A stretch of DNA of 9,284 nucleotides from Azolla caroliniana (taxonomy: Eukaryota > Plantae > Polypodiophyta): the NCBI GenBank assembly GCA_043228905.1, contig JBHGNT010001375.1, positions 1 to 9,284 on the forward strand, given 5' to 3'. Within the stretch, counting starts at the first letter, position 1; each line of letters begins with the position of its first letter. The position numbers were made by a program, and so were the translations under genes. Below the pieces are notes generated by a model. That model worked only from the letters and a program-made list of their open reading frames with translations, searched no databases and was not told where the DNA came from. Positions 1 to 7,721 of the stretch are shown here, in pieces.

Positions 1-1469
1 ATCCGAAGTCAACAAAACATTGTTTTCTTGGTTACGAACCTTTATGTAAAGTTGGGCAACAAATGTTTGATCACATGGAGCAATGGTGTAGACTTTCATG
101 AAGAAAAGATGCATTGATGGCCGACAAAGGAAAACAATGAAAAGTGAAGTTTGCTAACTTAGCTAGTGAATAGTCAAAACCTTCAACTTCAATAATATAG
201 TATGAAAACGCACTCAAGCTATTCTTGGACAATCGTCAGAAACCATGTCTCAAACACTCAATGTATCATAAATTGGACCAATAATACTTTTCATCAATGG
301 CTTATATGTCTAAGTATACATGTACCAACAGAGGTACCATTGTTTCAATTCAACGATTTTTTTATTGATTCACGAGCTTATCTTGCTAAATATCTAAATT
401 TTAAATATGGTGGTTGGTTAAAATTGAATTCCTCGTATTTAATGTTGAAGGTCATGCAAGTGACTTTTGCGTTGGCAATACGGATTCGAGAATTCAATTT
501 AAAAAACTCCAAGCTTTGAAAATGATAGTGTTGTCTAATGGATCGGTACATTAACATATACATTTATGCTTCGAGAGAAATGGCTTCATAATTTCACTTT
601 GCAAATTCTACACTTATTCCTTATAAAAGACAAAACTAAATTGTGGAAGGGAACACTATTGTATGGCCTTTCGCATAACATACAATGCATACGCTTTCAT
701 GGATATTCATAAACAAAGGTTAGAGTTAGTGGGAAAAAAACGTTCCATGTTATAAAGAGAAGAGGGTTTTACAATATGTTAACGTTGGATGGTTGTGCTT
801 TTGAGAGATTGAATGTAGGCAGCACAATACGTTTGAATGAGAAAAGATAAAACATGTGTTGAAAATGCATGACACTTGAGCCATCAACCAATTTTTTTTT
901 AGTATTAATCAAATTTTTTATTACTCAACATGTGAAATCTACTTTTATGTAGGAGTGTGTTTGAAATTTAACTTAGGCATATGGAAGCATTTTCAAATTT
1001 AGATTTTTTTTGTCGTCAATTACCCAAGACTACTCAATGTGATTAAGATTGTCGACCAACAAAAAATGAACATATTTGTGCTCATAAATTGGATCATGAC
1101 CGGAGTAATTGAATAATTATAAAGATTTTTGGTCAATGGTTCCAAAGTTATGATACACTTGAACCTTTTCTTGCTCGATTTTGTTTTCATTCTTCCTCAT
1201 CACCTCAATGTTTAGAAAAAAGACAAGACAAAATGCATATATCCATTGGGCTAACTTAAGTCTTAAAGGGGAGATTATCATTTTTTGGTCATTCACAAAG
1301 TTCAAGTGTATATTTTCGTGAGGGTCTCATTATGTGTGTACCAACAATTTCACGCCATATCATATTCGAATGTGGATTTGTATTCGATTCAAGCCATATT
1401 ATCCCGAGGTTCCATCATTTAATGCTAAGTTACCATCCACTATTCACACGCGTCAAGCGTAACATGGAT

Positions 1470-1547
1470 TTCCATTTATGTCCAAACATATTATAAACGA
1501 GTTCCATATTAGGTCTACAATTCGTAGTTCCATTTAGGTTCAAACAT
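1470..1547. repeat. Degenerate ~26-32 bp tandem repeat, 3 copies
   Basis: ttccatttatgtccaaacat (1470), ttccatattaggtctacaat (1502), ttccatttaggttcaaacat (1528). Confidence 0.5.
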
Positions 1548-2335
1548 GTCTTTCCAAGTTCCGTGATTTTGTGTGACATGAGCTTGGAGCAAAGATTTAC
1601 GTCAGTGGTTTGAATTAATAGTTGCTACATCCAATTCATTTATGTGTCACAACAACTCAACATCCAGGTTTGAATACGGGTCAAGGGTGCATGCCATTCC
1701 CCAAAGGCCACCTAAGCAAGAGTAAAAATTTAAGCCCATTTCATCGTAGACAATTATCATATATCTATGCCACATTTCATGTAAGGATGTATCATTACGC
1801 AACTCAATGAACTTATATAAACTTTCAAAATCACAAGAATGTGTGTTTTAAGGGGAAGTGCCTACCATACCACTACATTGATTGGATTTTATAATAAAAA
1901 TCATCAAAAAAATCAAAATTTATATCAAATCACTATTTGTTGCTTGTGAACCTAGATCATATCGACGTTAAAATTATCACTAAGAAGTTTACCATGGTTT
2001 GGTATTGATTTGTTATGCGAGAAGAGAATTGTGGTTCAATGATACAACCAAAAAATGTATGGCTTCCAAACATTGTAGTGTGCGTTGATAATATAAACAC
2101 ATTTCGTTAACATATATAGGTAAAGGCAATAGGAAAAAAAACAAATTCCCGACATGATTGTATGACTTTACGAGTGCTTGCCGAGCTTTTTGGCACTACG
2201 CACATATTCCCAATCCATACTCACACTTGAAAACTCCACTACGAAAAACATTCAAAAGCTTCCCAAAAACTCAAAAAAGTGCACATGTATAATATGTTCT
2301 AACAAACTTTATGCTATGATCAAGCAACACGTAAC

Positions 2336-2370
2336 TACATGCATATGCATACGTACATATACATACATAC
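2336..2370. repeat. Short degenerate (TACA)n microsatellite at the 5' junction of the LINE remnant
   Basis: tacatgcatatgcatacgtacatatacatacatac. Confidence 0.65.
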
Positions 2371-3971
2371 TCAAACAATAAAACAAAGCTCTCCTCGCTT
2401 AGGTGCACCCTGGTCAAAGGGAAAATTTAGGGAATTTTTTTTAGTACCTTTCTCCCATGATTGGGAGTACAATATTTATTAGGACTGTTTTTTTTTAATG
2501 GAAACAAGTCTTACCTGGTTTACTCTTCAATAAACCCAACCATATGCATTATGTTGACTCTTGAGTATCTCAAACAAAGGGTAGTATGGAACCCGTTGTT
2601 TAGAACATTAGATGGTTTAGTGTTGGGTTCTAGACAATGGTTGCCATGGTGAAAAATGGCAGAGTGTCTTGCTAACTTAGTTAGGACTTCGTAGATTTTT
2701 TTATCATGCCCATGGGAAGAGCAAAAACAAGTACTAGATAGGATGCATGGAGAACAAATAATACATCATTAAAATCAAGAAGTTATGAGTAGAGTTGCCA
2801 TACCACCCAATATCTCTTACCAAAGATATGTTGGTGTTTTTTCAATATTGGAAGTAGTCTTGACTGTAAAGAGATATTTAGAGAACAAGACCTTCCATTT
2901 TTTTGAGGTGGATAAAACAAATCAATTGTCTTGGTCAGAGGAAATGGTTAACAATAGTTTGATGCTATCAAACACAAGATAAGGGTAATTTGATACGTTG
3001 ATTGTAAATGGTATATTGATCCACCAATAGAGAATATAAGGTCACATTGGAAGTTGTGGGTGGTTCAGATTCGACAAGGACCCAAATGATTATCAGTGGA
3101 TGGATCCATTTATTGGTAACAACTTTAATTTTTTCCAATGGTTTGTATAGTTGGGAAGACGTGTTATTTCGGATAAACGGGACTGCATTTCAATACCGGA
3201 GTCAATAAGGTATAACTCCGAAGTTCCTTGCTAAGTTATGGGTTAATCTATGGGCAAGAAAACAACCACAACCAATACATGTATAGTGGTTACTTATCCA
3301 TGGAGCCTTGCCTATTGGCACATGGTTGTGCTCAATATCATACAAGCTATAACTCAATAACATTGTCTATGGGATTGCATCGAGTCTCAACTAGTATGGC
3401 AACACCTCATTAGAATATTTGCTAACTAATTTCCCATATCGGAATTCACATGGGGCATGGTGGTTCGGATATCACTTGTCCACTCTACTTTCCATTATGA
3501 CGTTGAATCTATGGACCATGGTTTTTACACTTAATTCGGAACTGTTCGTGCACTTCCATTAGTGTCTACGTAGTTTGTAGGCATAAGGAAGGAGATCAAA
3601 TCATTATGGGAGATATTGAGTAGTACTATTGCATATTACATCTAGAAGGCTTGGTGCTCTCTCGTTTTTCATGAAGTTAGAGAGAGCCTCACCAACTGAG
3701 TTGGTAAAAAGTATTTGGTTAGACATGGTTCATACTTTGAAGGGGTCAATGGGATCGCATTGTTGGAGATTTTGACGATAAAGTTGCTCAACTTCATGAG
3801 TTTCCTACCTTCTGGACAACTACTCCACTTATGACCTCCAAGAATGGCACTCCTTTCTGGTACATTCAACCACCAAAATGGCAGTCTCCGTTGCCAGATC
3901 ACACAGAGTTCAAAACCTTTGCAAATTGTTTACACTAATGAAATAATGAAAGGACATCTTTTTAAAAAAAA
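2371..3971 (+). mobile_element. Degenerate 5'-truncated non-LTR retrotransposon (LINE, L1/Tx1-like), 3' half of ORF2 with zf-RVT/CCHC remnant and A-rich tail
   Basis: Trp-rich reading frames broken by stops and frameshifts run along the + strand: WKQVLPGL..P (~2499); LKQRVVWNPLF..DGLVLGSRQWLPW (2569-2649); LWVNLWARKQPQPIHV*WLLIHGALPIGTWL (3236-3328), matching the zf-RVT pattern W..lW....P.k...f.W...H..LP; CSI[C]IQAITQ*HCLWDCIESQLVWQ (3329-3402), where one restored base gives CxxC..H..C; and LWEILSSTIAYYI*KAWCSLVF, matching the W.IWk.Rn..vF motif. The last frame stops at TAA 3936-3938 and is followed by A8 at 3964-3971 and AAAC-rich sequence. No RT or endonuclease core was seen. Confidence 0.8.
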
Positions 3972-4025
3972 CATAAAATGAAACAAACAATCACACATGC
4001 ACAAAGGAACAAACAAAACAAACAA

Positions 4026-4509
4026 ATATATATATATAAGCACACACAACATACATACATATATACATGCATAACAATATGACATACATAACATACATAA
4101 CAATATGTACATACATACGTTACAATACACATACATACATACACACATACATACATGCATGCATACATACATACATACATACATACATACATACATACAT
4201 ACATACATACATACATACATGGGCATACATACATACATACATGCATACATACACATACACATACACATACATATATTGTATACATACACACATACATTAC
4301 AATAGTCATAGATGCATGGGCATACATATATACATACATACATATACACATACATTACACATAGTCATAGATGCATACATACATACATACATATACATAT
4401 ACATACACATACATATACATACACATATACACATACATTACATACATATATGTAGTCATAGATGCATGGGCATACATACATACATACATACATACATACA
4501 TACATACAT
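4026..4509. repeat. Long compound (TACA)n/(TA)n/(CA)n microsatellite with embedded higher-order units
   Basis: About 480 bp dominated by TACA, with a pure run at ~4162-4220. It generates the spurious YIHT/MYVC ORFs. Confidence 0.97.
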
Positions 4510-4592
4510 TCGTTCAGACAAAAGAAATGGAGTGTGTCTTGTCTTTGTAGAGTTGCATTATCGCGAGGGACTTTTTCAGCCCTAATTCTCTG

Positions 4593-4623
4593 CTTCTTCT
4601 TCTTCTTCTTCTTCTTCTTCTTC
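4593..4623 (+). repeat. (CTT)10 microsatellite in the core promoter/5' UTR pyrimidine patch of the 14-3-3 gene
   Basis: Ten perfect CTT units end 100 bp upstream of the ATG, and a short (CCT)4 lies at 4702-4713. CTT/CT tracts are common in plant 5' UTRs. Confidence 0.9.
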
Positions 4624-4722
4624 ATCGCCGTCTCCTGCTCCATTCACTCAGTCTGCGCTCCCTTCTCCCCACACACACAGACAGATACCCTAACGCCTTT
4701 TCCTCCTCCTCCTCCCATCGCC

Positions 4723-4795
4723 ATGACCATCGAGAAGGAACGCGAGAGCAATGTCTACATGGCCAAAGTAGCAGAGCAGGCCGAACGTTATGATG
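4723..4795 (+). CDS. GF14: 14-3-3 coding exon 1 ([24 protein letters not shown] + 1 nt)
   Basis: The ATG sits in a strong context (cgccATGa) and the exon carries the AEQAERY motif. Donor GT at 4796, phase 1. Confidence 0.95.
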
Positions 4796-7721
4796 GTTGG
4801 TACCTTCTCTCTCTGTTTGTCCGTCCGTCCATCCGTTCGTCTCTTTCTGTTTTGCATCCTTTCTCTAAAGATTGATAATGCTGACTATGTGCATCGTTCC
4901 TTTTTTCTTTTTCTTTCATTTCATCTTTATCTGTATTTTTTCTTTACCACCAGCGAACGCTATGTCTTATTTTGTCTCTTAATCTCCACATCCCCTCTCT
5001 CTATATTTCTTTCTCATTGCATCTCTATGAAATTTCGTTATGTGTCGTGTAATACTATGGTGCTTTCATTTTCGTCTACAAATATGATTTGTTTGCCACT
5101 CTCTCTCTCTTCCCATTTTTAGCTGTGATGGCAAAAAATCTGTCTTTTTGGCAGCTTTGATTTGTCCGGCTAAACAATGCGTCCTCTTTTAACCACATTC
5201 CCTGCACTGCCATTTTGATCTTGATTTGTTCACTTGCATTGATTTGCGTCAGTGTCATGTTTTGCAACAGTCGATGTAGAGATAGTGGACTTCAGGTCGT
5301 GATGTTGACGATAACATATTTCTATTTCTATCCCTCTCTCCCTTCTTTTGAAGTCCAAATCTTGTCTTGTAGTAGCCATTCTATTGTGCAACACTGAATG
5401 ACTCGATTTGACCATCACAGAGAGCGAAAGCAAAAAGCCACTGAAAATAGTCAAATCGAGTGGCTTTTTGCTTTCGCTCTCTGTGATGGTCAAATCGAGT
5501 CATTCAGTGTTGCACTTCTTTTTAACCTCAATAATTTTGTTTGTTCATTTGAATGCACATGCTTTGCTTTATTCGGTTTTCGGATGATATTCACATGCGT
5601 CTCCTTTTATATGTAGAAATGGTGGACTTCATGAAGAAGGTTGCGAAGCTAGATGTAGAGCTTACTGTAGACGAGAGAAATCTCCTCTCGGTTGGCTACA
5701 AAAATGTCATTGGTGCGCGAAGAGCCGCATGGCGCATCTTATCATCCATTGAGCAGAAAGAAGAGAGCAAGGGAAATGAAACAAATGTTAAACGGATCAA
5801 GGATTACCGCAGCAAAGTAGAGGAAGAACTTACTAGTATTTGCAATGATATCTTAACTACTATTGATGAGCATTTGATCCCATCTTCAAGTACTGGAGAG
5901 TTTGCTGTCTTCTACCATAAGATGTACCCTCCCAAATATATTTGAATCTATATATATATGTGTGTTTTTAATTGCGTATCTATGTGTTGATTGTTTACGT
6001 TTATGTTTATGATACAGGAAGGGAGACTATTTCAGATATCTCGCAGAGTTCAAGACTGGTCAAGAAAGAAAGGAAGCTGCTGATCATTCACAAGCATCAT
6101 ACCAAGTATAAACCTTTCCCATAGCTTTGGAGCTCTGCATAATGTTAGTTTGTAATTTTATCAAGATATATGCATAATTATGGACCCTTCAAAAGTATAG
6201 TGTTTATATTATATGAAACTAAATTTATCTGTTTATGTGGATATGAGTTGCTTAGGTTTCCGGCATGTGACTATATCTGTATTTAAATTTTCCAGACAGA
6301 AGCTGTATTCTGAAGCTTACAGAAGCATTCATGTTATTTCTGATCTGAAATTTGTTTGGATTGATCTTTCTTGCCAAGGTTTAATATGTCAGATGCAAAC
6401 AATGACTAACTAATTTTCAGACTAGTCTATCAAAGTTGGTGAAGTCTGTCGCACAGTGCAAAAGCTGCTTGTCTAGTTATACGATGAGTTTAGACATGAT
6501 AGAAATATTTTCTTCTAGACCAAATGGATTATTTTTACTGTCACTGAGTGTCCTCTCTCATATGAGTCTATATATGTATTCATAAATGTTTTGAAGATCT
6601 GCATACGATAAAACTAAAGGGATTTTGATGTAGGTTAGGCTTTCTGTGTGCTCATTGTGCTAACTGTGGTAGTTATTCTAATAAGATTGTGGAATATGAT
6701 ATTTTTGTTTATATGAAATATTCTGATGTGTAGCTGTGTTTTCTTTTGTGATTTAAAAAAGAGTTTGATCTGAGTCCAGAGAAAACATCTTATGATTTTT
6801 TTTATAGTGTTAATTTGTCATCGTACTCTTCAATCTCACGGATTGTTATGGTTCATGGATTCTGCAGACTGCCTTGACTACTGCTACAACGGATTTGCCT
6901 CCAACGCATCCCATACGTCTTGGCTTGGCTCTTAACCTCTCAGTATTTTACTATGAAATTATGAACTCACCTGAACAGTACGTACTTTTGAAAATTCTGT
7001 CTTGGATAATATGGTTTCATATTTTATGTATCAGCAGTTTATGATATGTTACTAAGTTTTCTCTCCAAATGCACTATTTTTCCATTAGGGCATGTCATTT
7101 AGCTAAACAAGCTTTTGATGAGGCCATTGCTGAGCTTGATTCTTTGAGTGAGGATTCATACAAGGATAGCACTCTGATCATGCAACTGCTCAGAGATAAC
7201 CTGACACTATGGACGTCTGATTTGCCAGATGATGGAGGTAATAATTCATTGTGGTGGTACTGCTCCATCATAACAGCTTTCCTCAAAGTCTTCCTTCACG
7301 TTCAATTGATAGAATGACATACATGCTTATATATCTGAATTTACATGGCAACGATAACAGTTTCTATGCATTTGTAGTAAAAGAACTTGATTATTTAACA
7401 TGCTCCTAATCCTAAGTTTTTCGATTTTCCAGCATAAACTTGAAGCTCACTTAGTTCCTCCTTTATGACATGACATTTTTCTTTCATGTTTTCATCTGAT
7501 AGAATAACATCTATTCTTATTTATCTGAATTTACATGATAACATAACATAGTAAATGAACTTGATTGTTTAACATGCAGGGGATGAACAACCAAAAGGAG
7601 GGAATATTGAAGAGGACAAAGAGGTGAGCTAGCTAGTACACCTGTATAACTAAGTATTACCTAGATTATAGAAATCATTCACTCATTTGTATAAATCATG
7701 GTTAAATTTGCCTTGCAGTAA
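4723..7721 (+). CDS. GF14: 14-3-3 protein (GF14/general regulatory factor, epsilon-group), spliced gene, 7 exons, 257 aa
   Basis: The spliced translation is [74 protein letters not shown]...[18 protein letters not shown]...[91 protein letters not shown]. Both 14-3-3 signature regions are present (RNLLSVxYKNV and [20 protein letters not shown]). Exons of 73/307/88/110/149/44/3 nt join in frame through six GT-AG introns. The intron-rich layout matches the plant epsilon group. Confidence 0.97.
5386..5515. repeat. Perfect 57-bp inverted repeat (hairpin) with 16-nt loop in intron 1
   Basis: 5386-5442 (gtgcaacactgaatgactcgatttgaccatcacagagagcgaaagcaaaaagccact) is the exact reverse complement of 5459-5515. 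The loop is gaaaatagtcaaatcg. Confidence 0.97.
5617..5923 (+). CDS. GF14: 14-3-3 coding exon 2 (EMVDF...VFYHKM)
   Basis: Acceptor tgtag ends at 5616 and donor gtac starts at 5924. The exon contains [17 protein letters not shown] and is the real part of ORF 5553..5945. Confidence 0.97.
6018..6105 (+). CDS. GF14: 14-3-3 coding exon 3 ([29 protein letters not shown])
   Basis: Acceptor tacag ends at 6017 and donor gtata starts at 6106. The KGDYxRYLAE motif is present. The exon is absent from the ORF track because it is short. Confidence 0.96.
6868..6977 (+). CDS. GF14: 14-3-3 coding exon 4 ([36 protein letters not shown])
   Basis: Acceptor tgcag ends at 6867 and donor gtacgt starts at 6978. The [12 protein letters not shown] motif is present. 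Confidence 0.96.
7089..7237 (+). CDS. GF14: 14-3-3 coding exon 5 ([10 protein letters not shown]...[12 protein letters not shown])
   Basis: Acceptor attag ends at 7088 and donor gtaat starts at 7238. The [22 protein letters not shown] signature is present. Confidence 0.97.
7307..7577 (+). repeat. Diverged direct duplication in intron 5 (copies 7307-7403 and 7497-7577)
   Basis: The copies share the blocks tgatagaat-acat, cttat-tatctgaatttacatg, ataaca and tagtaaa-gaacttgatt-tttaacatgc. Copy 1 has an extra 15 nt (gtttctatgcatttg). Confidence 0.9.
7580..7623 (+). CDS. GF14: 14-3-3 coding exon 6, acidic C-terminal tail ([15 protein letters not shown])
   Basis: Acceptor tgcag ends at 7579. The exon is a purine-rich island, in frame with exon 5, encoding the acidic tail typical of 14-3-3. 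A strong donor GAG|gtgag follows at 7624. Confidence 0.88.
7719..7721 (+). CDS. GF14: 14-3-3 terminal exon: stop codon only (TAA, followed by TGA), then 3' UTR
   Basis: Acceptor ttgccttgcag ends at 7718, closing a 95-nt intron from 7624. The next bases are TAA TGA in frame. If the intron is retained, the CDS instead ends GTG AGC TAG at 7632. Confidence 0.65.
   Translation, partial: 

Noticed and set aside
202-2381. Short ORFs 202..519, 378..563, 1117..1305, 1622..1810 and 2178..2381
   Set aside because: They show no recognisable motifs, several have non-ATG starts and their lengths are compatible with chance in AT-rich DNA.
2461-3902. ORFs 2461..2652, 2785..2982, 3228..3413 and 3669..3902(-) as independent genes
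   Set aside because: The first two are same-frame fragments of the decayed LINE ORF2. The others are off-frame or antisense to it.
4303-4467. Repeat-spacer-repeat pattern superficially like a CRISPR array
   Set aside because: The repeat is only 15 nt, the spacers are variable-length TACA microsatellite, there are no cas genes and the context is a eukaryotic intron-containing locus.
3930-4643. Long ORFs on both strands (YIHT, MYVC, poly-K and poly-F repeats)
   Set aside because: They are translations of the stop-poor TACA and CTT microsatellites, with no protein-like complexity.
4462-4875. 137-aa ORF suggesting an N-terminally extended 14-3-3
   Set aside because: The upstream part is microsatellite and UTR read-through and the downstream part is intron 1. 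The ATG at 4723 has a good context and gives a normal N-terminus.
5386-5515. Hairpin as a known conserved miRNA (miR156/529/535-like GAGAG core), tRNA or Rho-independent terminator
   Set aside because: Only a short agagag resemblance is present, with no full mature-sequence match. There is no cloverleaf, and a bacterial terminator is irrelevant inside a plant intron.
5901-6939. TTT/CTC codons as RNA-editing sites restoring Ser and Phe
   Set aside because: C-to-U and U-to-C editing in plants is organellar, and this is a nuclear gene with spliceosomal introns. Ordinary substitution is the simpler explanation.
7095-7286. Antisense ORF over exon 5, and intron ORFs 4790..5122, 5076..5616 and 6213..6413
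   Set aside because: These are shadow or intronic frames without coding signal.
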